Below, in pieces: positions 9,819-19,059 of a DNA stretch of 64,000 bases. Under the pieces are notes generated by a model that did no database searches, was not told the origin of the DNA, and saw nothing but the letters and a program-made list of their open reading frames with translations. How positions within the stretch are numbered: position 1 is the first letter of the stretch; every line of letters starts with the position of its first letter. Position numbers and translations under genes: made by a program. The DNA is from Spirochaetota bacterium (GTDB lineage Bacteria > Spirochaetota > Spirochaetia > Treponematales > UBA12059). The stretch is from assembly GCA_026398615.1 (NCBI GenBank), contig JAPLSN010000042.1, forward strand, positions 215,597 through 279,596, in the 5' to 3' direction.

Positions 9819-10580
9819 TCAACGCGTTCCCGGGACCGTGTTGTATCTGTACGAAAGAATTGCCTCGACTTCATCATCGGCAAGCTCGCAAAAATCGCCG
9901 TCGCGCATTCCTCCCAGTCCGATGGGGCCGATCCGTATCCGCACCAGTTTCCTTGCGCGCAAGCCGACCGTTTCCAGGGCTCGCCGTATCTCGCGATTGC
10001 GACCCTCGAGCAGGACGACCGACATTCTGCGCGGTTCCAGGATCTCGACCCGTTCGGCGCGAAGCGTATCGCCGTCGGAATCGATCCCACGGACGAAATC
10101 CCCGGGGAAGGATCGGGGAATATCTTCGTGGGTATCGACGAGGTACTCCTTGTCGATGCCTCCGGAAGGGTGACCGACCCTTCCGGCGAATTCCCCGTCA
10201 TTCGTGAAGAGGATGAGGCCCGACGAGGCAAAATCGAGCCGGCCGACGTTGTAGAGACGCTCCTTGAAGCGGGCGCGGAGGAGGTCGATGGCGACTGGCC
10301 TACCCTTCTCGTCATGCATGGTGCAGAGGTAACCGACCGGCTTGTTGAGAGCCACGTAACGCAGGCGCTCGGTGGCGCCGATCGCCAGGCCATCGACCTC
10401 GACAACATCCTCGTGCAATACCCTGGTGCCGAGTTCAGTCACCACGCGGCCATTGACGCTGACACGGCCGGACCGGATGATTTCCTCGCAGGCGCGCCGC
10501 GACGCGATCCCGGACCTGGCGAGCGCCACCTGAAGGCGTACGGACGATTCAGGGAATTCCCTTTCGATCGACGGCGTCAT
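9819..10580 (-). CDS. rluB: S4-domain pseudouridine synthase, RsuA/RluB family
   Basis: S4 motif (LQVALARSGIASRRACEEIIRSGRVSVNG) and catalytic GRLDFASSGLILFTNDG. Confidence 0.85.
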   Translation of the reverse strand: MTPSIEREFPESSVRLQVALARSGIASRRACEEIIRSGRVSVNGRVVTELGTRVLHEDVVEVDGLAIGATERLRYVALNKPVGYLCTMHDEKGRPVAIDLLRARFKERLYNVGRLDFASSGLILFTNDGEFAGRVGHPSGGIDKEYLVDTHEDIPRSFPGDFVRGIDSDGDTLRAERVEILEPRRMSVVLLEGRNREIRRALETVGLRARKLVRIRIGPIGLGGMRDGDFCELADDEVEAILSYRYNTVPGTR

Positions 10581-11158
10581 TCTTCGTTTTCGAGCTCGAA
10601 GCGTTCGCGTTCGAGTTCGTCGAGCTTCGGCAGGTCGGCGATGCTGTCGAGCCTGAAGAACTTGAGGAAGTCCTTCGTGGTACCGTACTGCGTCGGTTTC
10701 CCGAGTACGTCTTTTTTCCCGACTTCCTTGATCAACTCGCGTTCGACGAGGAAGCGGATCATGTTGTCGGCGGAGACTCCGCGGATGGCCTCGATCTCGG
10801 ACCTTGTGACCGGCTGCGAGTACGCGATGATCGAGAGGGTTTCGAGAGCCGCCCTCGACATCCTGGCTTCGCTCTTTCGGCCGTACTTTTCCTTGAGCGC
10901 GTTCCAGTAATCGCGTTTCGGCGCGAGGGTGTACCCTCCCCCGATCTTCAGCAGTTCCATGCCGCGGGAAGGGCCGGAATATTCACTTTCGAGGTTCTCG
11001 ATGACGCGTTCGACGACGTCCTTTCCGAGCCCGGAGACGCGCGAGATGGACGCCACGTCGATGGGATCGGTTTCGAGGAAGAAGATCGTTTCTACGAGCG
11101 CGGTTTCGCGTTCAAGGGACGGTTCCCTCGCCTTTTCGTTCGTCGGTTCCGTGTGCAT
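10577..11158 (-). CDS. scpB: Segregation and condensation protein B
   Basis: ScpB-like blocks (AALETLSIIAYSQPVTRSEIEAIRGV, GKPTQYGTTKDFLKFF). It lies downstream of and overlaps scpA. Confidence 0.85.
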   Translation of the reverse strand: MHTEPTNEKAREPSLERETALVETIFFLETDPIDVASISRVSGLGKDVVERVIENLESEYSGPSRGMELLKIGGGYTLAPKRDYWNALKEKYGRKSEARMSRAALETLSIIAYSQPVTRSEIEAIRGVSADNMIRFLVERELIKEVGKKDVLGKPTQYGTTKDFLKFFRLDSIADLPKLDELERERFELENEE

Positions 11159-11897
11159 GGCGTTGTATCCGGATGTCTCCGAAGAGCTTATGTTGGTAGA
11201 TGCCGATCATCTTGAGCTTGACTGCTTCGAGGATGGCGAGAAACGAGCATACGATATCCATCGTCGAGTGTCTACGGGTGACGAGATCCGCAAAGGTAAA
11301 GCTGCCCTTCGAGTCGAGGAGTTCGTCGATGAGCGTCAGCTTTTCGTTGATGGAAACTTCCTCGTACAGGTCGATGATCCGTTCTGAGCTGATGCCGCTT
11401 ATGAGCCCCGAAAAGGACTTGAGGAGATCCCATACGTCGATCGCGTGCCAGAGTTCCTCGTCCTCCTCGAACGGGATCGTGCGCTGGATTTTCTTGCGTT
11501 CGATTGCCCACTCGACTTCGAGTTCCTTCCGTTCCATGAGTTCCGAGAGCCGCTTGAAGCGCTGGTACTCGATGAGCTTCTCCACGAGATCCTGGCGGGG
11601 ATCCTCGATGTCGTCGGTGAAGTCGACTTCGACGGGCAGGAGCATGCGCGACTTGATGTAGAGCAGTGTCGCGGCGAGCGCGTAGAATTCGGTCAGGTCG
11701 TCAAGGGGCACGGAATCCGTCATGTCCAGGTAGTCGAGGTATTGTTCTGTGATTGAGGCGATGGGGATATCGTAGACGTTCACCTCGTTCTTCTTGATTA
11801 GGAAGAGGAGAAGGTCCAGCGGGCCTTCGAATTCGTGAAGCTTGAAACGCTGGGTGGTCCCGCCCGCGTCGCGCCTGGTTTCCGTGCTTTCGGTCAT
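11112..11897 (-). CDS. scpA: Segregation and condensation protein A
   Basis: The N-terminus FEGPLDLLLFLIKKNEVNVYDIPIASITEQYL is typical of ScpA. Confidence 0.85.
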   Translation of the reverse strand: MTESTETRRDAGGTTQRFKLHEFEGPLDLLLFLIKKNEVNVYDIPIASITEQYLDYLDMTDSVPLDDLTEFYALAATLLYIKSRMLLPVEVDFTDDIEDPRQDLVEKLIEYQRFKRLSELMERKELEVEWAIERKKIQRTIPFEEDEELWHAIDVWDLLKSFSGLISGISSERIIDLYEEVSINEKLTLIDELLDSKGSFTFADLVTRRHSTMDIVCSFLAILEAVKLKMIGIYQHKLFGDIRIQRHAHGTDERKGEGTVP

Positions 11898-11903
11898 TCC
11901 TTG

Positions 11904-12413
11904 TTACGCTTTCAGCGGATTATAGGATGCCTGAGCGGCAAGGTAAACACCCTGGTCGCCGAGCCCCGCGGCCACTTGGGCGTACCGGGTGCCGGAGCGC
12001 GGGTCGCGGAGGGAAGGCTCCAGTTCGAGCAGGGGAAGCAGGGCGAAGAGCCGTTCGTCGAGAAGGGCGTGGGGAACGGTCAGCAGAGTATCGGACAGGA
12101 TGTAATTCCCGAACAGAAGGATGTCGATATCGAGGGTCCGCGGGCCTTTCGGCCTTTCGACCGCCCGGTTCCGCCCGAAATCTTTCTCGATGCACTGCAA
12201 TTCCTTGAACAGGCTGTACGGTCCATGACTCCATTCTCCCGACACCGCGGCGTTGAGGAATTCGGGTTGATCCTCGACGTGGCGCGGGGCGCTCCGGTAG
12301 AGAGCCGAAACCTTGACGCCCGAGAGAAGGGCGGCAAGGCGTCCAAGGGCGCCTGCGAAAATGGCAGCGGAATCTCCCCGGTTCGAGCCGAGTCCGAGGT
12401 AGGCGGTGATCAG
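11904..12413 (-). CDS. folK: 2-amino-4-hydroxy-6-hydroxymethyldihydropteridine pyrophosphokinase (HPPK)
   Basis: The conserved N-terminus [11 protein letters not shown] lies upstream of the tracked GTG, and [11 protein letters not shown] is also present. The frame opens after a stop at 12441-12443. The only start-like codon ahead of the conserved N-terminus is CTG at 12413, which overlaps the recA stop, so the 5' end is uncertain. Confidence 0.7.
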   Translation of the reverse strand: MITAYLGLGSNRGDSAAIFAGALGRLAALLSGVKVSALYRSAPRHVEDQPEFLNAAVSGEWSHGPYSLFKELQCIEKDFGRNRAVERPKGPRTLDIDILLFGNYILSDTLLTVPHALLDERLFALLPLLELEPSLRDPRSGTRYAQVAAGLGDQGVYLAAQASYNPLKA

Positions 12414-13624
12414 AAGAGGCCCTCGTCCCCGGCACTTTTTTCAGTCTTGACAGCCGCGGATCTCGGCGGGGTTTGCCGGACGGAAACCGGCTCTGCCTGC
12501 TCACGTTCGGCGGTTTTTGGGGGAGCTGCCTTGGCTTCGTCCTTCCCGGCAGGCTTGGCTTCCTTCTTGGCCGCTTCCGTTTCTCCCTTCAGCGGGAAAA
12601 TGAGCGCGCGTACCTTGCGTTCGATTTCCGCGCTGAACTCGGGGTTCTGCTCGATGTAAAGCTTGACATTTTCCCTGCCCTGCCCGAGCTTCTCCTCGCC
12701 GCAGGTGTACCAGGCGCCCTTCTTGTCGATCACCTCGTATTTCACCGCGGCGTCTATGAGGCTGCCCGACCAGGAAATGCCCTTGCCGAACATGATCTCC
12801 AGTTCCACCTTGCGGAACGGCGGCGCGACCTTGTTTTTGACCACCTTGACGCGAACCTTGTTGCCGATGGCCTCGTCAGGGTTCTTCTCGATCGTCTCGA
12901 TCTTGCGGACCTCGAGCCGTATCGAAGCGTAGAATTTGAGGGCGTTGCCGCCCGTGGTAGTCTCCGGGTTCCCGAACATGACGCCGATCTTCATGCGGAT
13001 CTGGTTGATGAACAGGAGGATGGTCTTCGATTTGGAGATGGTGCCGGTCAGTTTCCTGAGGGCCTGGCTCATGAGTCGGGCCTGGAGGCCGACGTGAGCG
13101 TCCCCCATGTCACCCTCGATTTCCGCCTGTGGGGTGAGCGCGGCCACCGAATCGACGACGACGATATCGACCGCGCCGGAACGAATCAGCGATTCCGCGA
13201 TCTCGAGCGCCTGTTCCCCGTTGTCCGGCTGGGATACCCAGAGGTTGTCGATATCCACACCGAGATTCTTGGCATACACGGGATCGAGCGCGTGTTCGGC
13301 ATCGATGAAAGCGGCGATACCGCCCGTTTTCTGCGCCTCGGCGACTGCATGGAGGGCCAGGGTGGTCTTGCCCGACGATTCGGGACCGTAGATCTCGATG
13401 ATGCGGCCGCGCGGATACCCGCCGATGCCGAGCGCTTCGTCCAGGAGTATGGAACCCGAGGATATCGTATCGATGTCGAGCCAGCCAGCTCGAGTCCCCA
13501 GTTTCATGAGCGAGCCCATGCCGAATTGCTTTTCGATCTGGAGCCTGGCCGCTTCCAGGGCTTTGTTCTTGTCCTCGATGCTGGATGCCGATCGATCGAC
13601 CGTGGATTCTTCGTTCTTGGACAT
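12410..13624 (-). CDS. recA: Recombinase RecA with an Ala/Lys/Pro-rich C-terminal tail
   Basis: [20 protein letters not shown] and [30 protein letters not shown]. The start is chosen at ATG 13624 (MSKNEE), 5 nt after GGAGGA; the tracked TTG extension to 13750 is rejected. Confidence 0.92.
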   Translation of the reverse strand: MSKNEESTVDRSASSIEDKNKALEAARLQIEKQFGMGSLMKLGTRAGWLDIDTISSGSILLDEALGIGGYPRGRIIEIYGPESSGKTTLALHAVAEAQKTGGIAAFIDAEHALDPVYAKNLGVDIDNLWVSQPDNGEQALEIAESLIRSGAVDIVVVDSVAALTPQAEIEGDMGDAHVGLQARLMSQALRKLTGTISKSKTILLFINQIRMKIGVMFGNPETTTGGNALKFYASIRLEVRKIETIEKNPDEAIGNKVRVKVVKNKVAPPFRKVELEIMFGKGISWSGSLIDAAVKYEVIDKKGAWYTCGEEKLGQGRENVKLYIEQNPEFSAEIERKVRALIFPLKGETEAAKKEAKPAGKDEAKAAPPKTAEREQAEPVSVRQTPPRSAAVKTEKSAGDEGLF

Positions 13625-13712
13625 GATGGTCCTCCGATACAGTACTACATCGCGGAAACGGCTTGATGCTCGTATACCCCGCCCATCACGGGGCACGATA
13701 CCCTTATTCCTC

Positions 13713-13755
13713 GCCTCGGTCAATTCCATGATCTCGGCGGCCTCGGTCAATTCCA
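13713..13755 (-). repeat. Perfect 16-bp direct repeat (x2, 27-bp period) upstream of recA, each copy carrying TTGACC
   Basis: gcctcggtcaattcca occurs at 13713-13728 and again at 13740-13755. On the minus strand each copy reads TGGAATTGACCGAGGC. Confidence 0.9.
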
Positions 13756-13786
13756 GCCATATCGTGCATGGATCGGCAGCAGCTTG

Positions 13787-15124
13787 TTATCGCCGTCTGA
13801 GAATTTCGAGCGGCTGCAAACCTGCGGCTTTCCGCGCGGGAAGGATCGAAGTCAGGAGTGATATGACGACCGTACCCGCGGCGATGAAAGCGAGCGAAGC
13901 GTAATCCAGGACTATGGGTATCATCTCGAGATAATAGTCGGGATTGAGCAACTCCGAGGGGGAGCTTCCTTCCGGAAGGTCGAGTGCGAAACGAACGGCG
14001 CGATCCACGAGGGAAAGGCTGCGTTCGAGGAGGGAGATGGCCTCATTGACGTTCACGGCTGCGAACGCGCCGATCGCTGTTCCGGCGGCAGCGCCCAGTG
14101 TCCCCACGATCGTGCCGATGACGAGGAATACGAGGGCGATGTCCCCGGACGACATGCCGAAGCTTTTGAGGACGGCGATCTCGTTCGACCGTTCCATGAC
14201 GAGTGTCACGAGGGCTCCGCCGACGTTCACGGCCGCCACGCCGACGATGAGCGCCATGATGAAAAGCAGGATCGAGCGAGTGGATTCCAGCGAATCCATC
14301 AATCCCCGTTCAAGGTCGCGCCAGTCGAACACCGAGACATTCCCGCCGACGACATCGCGGATGGACAAGGTGAGTTTCGAGGGAATTCCGGATGCAGCTT
14401 CGCGCTGGTATTCCTTCGCGTACGGATCGGCGATCTTGACGCCGATCAGGATCCGCGACGTGGCTGGAACGAGGATCCGCGAAGCCGCCTTGGGGTGGAT
14501 GAAGAGCCAGTTCGCGTCGAGTTCGCGGTATCCCGATGAGACGACGGCCCGGAGCACGTACACGGAAACCCTGGGTTTGGGATCCGAGCCCGAGTTCGAG
14601 CGGAGCGTGATGAGATTGATCGTGTCGCCCACGCGTAGCCCGAGCTTCTTCGCCAATTCCTTGCCAGCGATGGCGCCGTAGGAATCGAAGGCCTCGACGG
14701 AACCTTCCACGGTTTCGAGATAGCGGCCTGTAGCGGAAGCCAGTAGGAAGGCGGGGTCGACCGCTCGTATCGCGACGCCGGACGAGACACCGCCGGCGAA
14801 CGTGACGCCAAAAGACTGGATTTCCGCCCATGCTCCTTCGACGCCACTTACCCCGCGGATTCTCGATGCCAGGTCATCCGCTTCACCGAACGTGGCCGAG
14901 TAACGCGGAATCACCTGCTTGTGGTAGGTACCGAGCTCGATGTAGCGGGCGGTTATCCCCTGGATCATGCCGTCGGCAACGACCAGGACGACGACGATGG
15001 GGACGAGGCTCACGGCGATGCCGATGACGGCACCACGCAGGGACCGCCTGGCCAGGTCCCGTCGGTCGGTTCCCCTTCCGACGAGCAGGCGCATGCCGAT
15101 CGCGAGGCAGGATGCGACGGTCAT
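13787..15124 (-). CDS. lolE: Lipoprotein-release ABC permease, LolC/E (FtsX-like) family
   Basis: MacB/FtsX-type topology with a large periplasmic loop and C-terminal LKSFGM...; it is the third gene of a permease-ATPase-permease trio. Confidence 0.75.
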   Translation of the reverse strand: MTVASCLAIGMRLLVGRGTDRRDLARRSLRGAVIGIAVSLVPIVVVLVVADGMIQGITARYIELGTYHKQVIPRYSATFGEADDLASRIRGVSGVEGAWAEIQSFGVTFAGGVSSGVAIRAVDPAFLLASATGRYLETVEGSVEAFDSYGAIAGKELAKKLGLRVGDTINLITLRSNSGSDPKPRVSVYVLRAVVSSGYRELDANWLFIHPKAASRILVPATSRILIGVKIADPYAKEYQREAASGIPSKLTLSIRDVVGGNVSVFDWRDLERGLMDSLESTRSILLFIMALIVGVAAVNVGGALVTLVMERSNEIAVLKSFGMSSGDIALVFLVIGTIVGTLGAAAGTAIGAFAAVNVNEAISLLERSLSLVDRAVRFALDLPEGSSPSELLNPDYYLEMIPIVLDYASLAFIAAGTVVISLLTSILPARKAAGLQPLEILRRR

Positions 15125-15801
15125 GACGGGAAAAGCTCTCCCTCGTGAAGCCTGAACCGCTGTTCCGCCCTTCCAGCGAGACGCAGGTCGTGGGTGACCA
15201 GGACGAGCGTCGTGCCCCGCTTGGCCACCGCGCCGAAGAGTATGTCTTCGGCGCTCCGCGCGGACCGTTCATCCAGGTTGCCCGTCGGTTCATCTGCGAA
15301 TACGATGCTCGGCTCGTTCATAAGGGCTCGAGCGATGGATACCCGCTGGCGTTCGCCTCCGGACATTTTCGAGGGATAATGGCTTGCCCTGTCGGCAAGC
15401 CCGATCTCGGTGAGGAGCCCTTCGGCGCGTTCATACGCGCGCGGCCTGGACAAACCCGCGACGATACCGGGCATGGCGACATTTTCCATCGCGGTGAAAT
15501 CCTTGAGAAGGTAGTGGAACTGGAACACGAAGCCGACGCTCGACAGCCGGAATCCGGCAAGATCCCGTTCGGGCGTCGAGTGGAGCGGGATTCCGTCGAC
15601 CCACGCCTCGCCTTTCGTCGGTGCGTCGAGCCCTCCGAGTATCGAGAGCAGCGTACTCTTCCCGCATCCGCTGGCTCCGGTAATGGAGATGGTGGATCCG
15701 GCTTCGGCTTCCAGGTTCACGTCCCTGAGTATCTCCAGAGCTTCGGCATCCCCGGCGAAGGTTTTCCCGAGACCGATGCAGCGCAGGACCATTTCACTCA
15801 T
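15121..15801 (-). CDS. lolD: Lipoprotein-release ABC ATPase
   Basis: Walker A GASGCGKST, signature SGGERQRV and Walker B IVFADEPTGNLD. The start is ambiguous between ATG 15801 and ATG 15792. Confidence 0.85.
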   Translation of the reverse strand: MSEMVLRCIGLGKTFAGDAEALEILRDVNLEAEAGSTISITGASGCGKSTLLSILGGLDAPTKGEAWVDGIPLHSTPERDLAGFRLSSVGFVFQFHYLLKDFTAMENVAMPGIVAGLSRPRAYERAEGLLTEIGLADRASHYPSKMSGGERQRVSIARALMNEPSIVFADEPTGNLDERSARSAEDILFGAVAKRGTTLVLVTHDLRLAGRAEQRFRLHEGELFPS

Positions 15802-17083
15802 TCCTGAGAACCTCCGCGGGCCGGTATCGGGGAACACGGGCTGAAGCGATGTACGCGGCCACTATCGCGCTTGCGGTTCCGGCCATGAAGATGACGAGCA
15901 CTTCCGGGAAATACACCCTTACGGGAATTTCGAACATGTAGAACGGCGACTGCGCGTATATGGAAAGATCGGCACGGGCGACGGCATCACCTCCGAAGCC
16001 GGAAAGCGCCATCGAGAGTCCGGAAGCGGCCGATTCCAGGAAACGGATCAGCTCGTTTACCCAGGCGGCCAGCAGAAGGCCGGTCGAGATGCCTGCGATT
16101 GCGCCGATGAAACCGATGATCGCGCCGTCCATGACGAAGACCGCACGCACGTCCGCGGATTCCGCGCCGATGGCTTTCATGACGGCAATCTCTTCCATGC
16201 GCTCGAACACGTTCCGCTTCATCGCGTGGTAGATATTGAGGCCGACGACGACGAAAATGAGCCCTACGAGGAGCATCATGGCTGACTTTTCCGTCCTCAG
16301 TGCGCCGAAGAAGGAACGGTTGTAGGTCCGCCAGTCGGTTAACTCGCCGCCGGAGCCGTTCACGACGGCTTCCACCCCAGGATGACGGGTTTCCCGGTCG
16401 GTGAACTTGATGCCGAAGTCAAGGGGAGCCGAACCCGAGATCATCATGCCTGTTTCGAGCGAAACGATGCCCAGTCCCGAGTCGAAATCGTAATAGCCGC
16501 TACGGAATATGCCGCTCACATCAAGGTTCATGGTGCGAGCCGACACTCCATCCTCTTCCGAGGCGATGACGGACAGGACCGAGATGCTGTCACCGGGGGC
16601 AAGGCTCAAGCTCCGGGCGAGTTCGGCGCCGATGGCGATCGATCCCTTCGACGAGGGGAATTCACCTGCCCTCAGGTCGAGTTTCTCGATGAAATCGGGA
16701 TCCTTTTCGGGGGCATCCGGGGACACTGCCTTGATCTTCAGGGGCGCCACACGGCGCCCGGATGTATACGCCATCGTGTTGGTTTCGGTGAATTCGAGGA
16801 CCGCAGCCACGCCAGGAACGGCCTTGAGCCTCGATTCCAGTACGCCCGTGTCGATCGATATTCCCGCAGGAAATGCCGCCCTGGCATGGTGGCTGTCGAT
16901 CGAAAGGATGGAATCGATGAAGCCCGACTGGAATCCGTTCATGACGCCGAGGACGACGACAAGGGTAGCGGCGCCGATAGCGATCCCGCCAGAGGAAAAG
17001 ACGGAGGACGCCAGCCGCCCGTTCCGCCGCGCTGCGCGGAAGTAACGCGATGCGACGAACCCTACCCATGAATGATTGATCAC
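15794..17083 (-). CDS. lolC: Lipoprotein-release ABC permease, LolC/E family
   Basis: Same architecture as 13787..15124 (MKAIGA..., four TM helices, large loop); it is the first gene of the trio. Confidence 0.75.
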   Translation of the reverse strand: MINHSWVGFVASRYFRAARRNGRLASSVFSSGGIAIGAATLVVVLGVMNGFQSGFIDSILSIDSHHARAAFPAGISIDTGVLESRLKAVPGVAAVLEFTETNTMAYTSGRRVAPLKIKAVSPDAPEKDPDFIEKLDLRAGEFPSSKGSIAIGAELARSLSLAPGDSISVLSVIASEEDGVSARTMNLDVSGIFRSGYYDFDSGLGIVSLETGMMISGSAPLDFGIKFTDRETRHPGVEAVVNGSGGELTDWRTYNRSFFGALRTEKSAMMLLVGLIFVVVGLNIYHAMKRNVFERMEEIAVMKAIGAESADVRAVFVMDGAIIGFIGAIAGISTGLLLAAWVNELIRFLESAASGLSMALSGFGGDAVARADLSIYAQSPFYMFEIPVRVYFPEVLVIFMAGTASAIVAAYIASARVPRYRPAEVLRNE

Positions 17084-18177
17084 GGGAATACCCTCGTCCG
17101 CACCACGGCCCCGTCCTTCAGAAGCTCTTCCGAAACCTTCTTGCCGCCTTCGAACCGGGTTCGGGCGAAAACTTTGCCCTTCCAGTAGTATTCCTCGGTC
17201 CGGACTTCGTTTTCCCCGTAACTGACTACTTTCTCGAGTTCCCCGTCCGCCGAGTGGCGCTCCGACGCGAGGGACCCGTCATCCCGGTAGATGTAATCCA
17301 CGAGCGTCACGGAATCCGCGGTTGTAGTCCGGACGGATGCCAGGCGGCCGTTCCGGTCGTATGACCAGGCGGCAGTCCTGAGTTCAGCCCCGCCCTTGTA
17401 CGAAATTTCGGACATGATCCTTCCGCGTTCGTCGTACTCGTCCACGCTGGAAATCCCGTCAACAGGCCGTTCCACGGTTTTTCGCCTGATCTTTTTTTCG
17501 ACATACTCGTTCGAGATACGCTCGGTGACGACACCCTTTTCGAAAACGGCTTCGTAAACCAGGTTCCCGTCACGGTCCCGTTTCCTGACGAGCTCACGGT
17601 CGCCCAGCGTTTTCCATGCGTCGCCGCCTTTCGAGGGCAAGTTCAGCTCGGCATCGATCTCAACGCGGCCGTCGGCGAGGACGCTGCGGACGGCGTATGC
17701 GAAACCGCTCCTCGTGTAGAGCACGGTATCGGTCCTGGTCGTCGCGCCATGTGCATCCTTCGTCGTGACCGAAGCGAGACGATCCCCGTCGTACGCGTAC
17801 GAGATCGTGACGGTCGCACCGTCTTCGGTCGCCGCGACCATTTCCGTGGGGCGGCCATATGCATACGAAGTCCTTTCGCGAAGGATCCCTTCCTCGAAAT
17901 AGCGCCGCGTGACGATGGATCCCGAGGAAAGAATCGTTTCCCAGCGCGCGATCTCACCTTTTGCCCCTTCGAGCGCCCGTATTTCGAGATCTGCATCGCG
18001 GGTGACGGCGAGCACCCAGGGAAATTCGTCCTTCCGGTACGGTTCGATCCGCTCGTAGGCGATTCCGTTGCGGTCGGCCACATAGTACTCCGTCACGGGA
18101 TCTGCGAAAACCGGTACGAGCGCGGCAGCGAGCAGAGAAACGAGCAGGGCGGAACGAAGGGCGGGACGTGGTTTCAT
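17080..18177 (-). CDS. Secreted beta-hairpin-repeat protein (YD/MORN-variant-like repeats)
   Basis: Signal peptide MKPRPALRSALLVSLLAAALVPVFA, with recurring motifs YAYDGDRLASV, WSYDRNGRLASV and YIYRDDGSLASE. It shares a 4-nt overlap with the lolC start. Confidence 0.55.
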   Translation of the reverse strand: MKPRPALRSALLVSLLAAALVPVFADPVTEYYVADRNGIAYERIEPYRKDEFPWVLAVTRDADLEIRALEGAKGEIARWETILSSGSIVTRRYFEEGILRERTSYAYGRPTEMVAATEDGATVTISYAYDGDRLASVTTKDAHGATTRTDTVLYTRSGFAYAVRSVLADGRVEIDAELNLPSKGGDAWKTLGDRELVRKRDRDGNLVYEAVFEKGVVTERISNEYVEKKIRRKTVERPVDGISSVDEYDERGRIMSEISYKGGAELRTAAWSYDRNGRLASVRTTTADSVTLVDYIYRDDGSLASERHSADGELEKVVSYGENEVRTEEYYWKGKVFARTRFEGGKKVSEELLKDGAVVRTRVFP

Positions 18178-19043
18178 GGAAGTCCTATGAAGTCATTGAG
18201 GAAGGAATCGGGATTGAAGACCGAGAAATCCTCGTACCGCTCCCCGGAGCCGATGAATGCCGTCGGAATCCCCAACTCGTACGCGGCGGCGAGAACGATG
18301 CCGCCCTTGGCCGTGGAATCGTACTTGGTAACGACAAGCGCGTCGACCTCGACCGCGTCGCGGAAAGCTTCCGCCTGGGCAACGGCATTCCGGCCCGTCG
18401 TCGCGTCGACGACCAGCAGCTTGCGGTAGGCTTCGCGGGGCACCCTGGCATTTATGATCTTGTCGATCTTGGCCAGTTCCTTGACGAGATTTTGTTTCGT
18501 GTGCATGCGTCCGGCGGTATCGGCGATGACGAGTATCCCCGATCCGGTACCCTCCGATTCCAGTGCGTCGAAGATGACGGCACCCGGGTCCGAACCCTGT
18601 TCCTGGGCCACGACCCGTACGCCGAGCCTTTCACCGTGGATCTTCAACTGATCGATAGCGGCGGCACGGAAAGTATCACCCGCGGCCAGGACTATGGTTC
18701 TGTCGCGGCCGTCCTTGCCGAAAAAGAACGCGAGCTTGGCGATGGTCGTGGTCTTTCCGACCCCGTTGACGCCGAGGACGAGGAAGCAGCCGGGACCGGT
18801 AACGGGCGGTTCTATCAGGGCCGGGCGGGCATAGGGAGCAAGAATGGCCTTGAGCGCCGCCTTGACCTGGCGTTCTTCGGAAATCCTTCCCCGTGCGCAT
18901 GCGGCCCTGAGTTCCTCGGTGGCCTTGAACGCGAGGGTGGTTCCGATGTCGCCCTCGACGAGAAGGTCGCACAGGTCGTTGAACAGTTCTTCGGGCGCGG
19001 TACCGAGCTTGAAAAGGGCCTTGAGCCTTTCTGCAAATTTCAT
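18174..19043 (-). CDS. ftsY: Signal recognition particle receptor FtsY (short form, NG domain only)
   Basis: GVNGVGKTTTIAKLA, DTAGRMHTK and the TKYDSTAKGG motifs. Confidence 0.9.
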   Translation of the reverse strand: MKFAERLKALFKLGTAPEELFNDLCDLLVEGDIGTTLAFKATEELRAACARGRISEERQVKAALKAILAPYARPALIEPPVTGPGCFLVLGVNGVGKTTTIAKLAFFFGKDGRDRTIVLAAGDTFRAAAIDQLKIHGERLGVRVVAQEQGSDPGAVIFDALESEGTGSGILVIADTAGRMHTKQNLVKELAKIDKIINARVPREAYRKLLVVDATTGRNAVAQAEAFRDAVEVDALVVTKYDSTAKGGIVLAAAYELGIPTAFIGSGERYEDFSVFNPDSFLNDFIGLP

Positions 19044-19059
19044 GTTCTTCCTTGTAATC

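Noticed and set aside
13626-13648. TACTGTAT half-site resembling an E. coli-type LexA box just upstream of the recA SD
   Set aside because: CTGT-N8-ACCA lacks the second half-site (ACAG), there is only a single copy, and it overlaps the SD. This is insufficient to call an SOS box.
13625-13750. N-terminal extension of RecA from a TTG at 13750 ([16 protein letters not shown]...)
   Set aside because: RecA homology begins at MSKNEE, whose ATG has a GGAGGA SD. The extension is simply the translated direct repeat of the promoter region.
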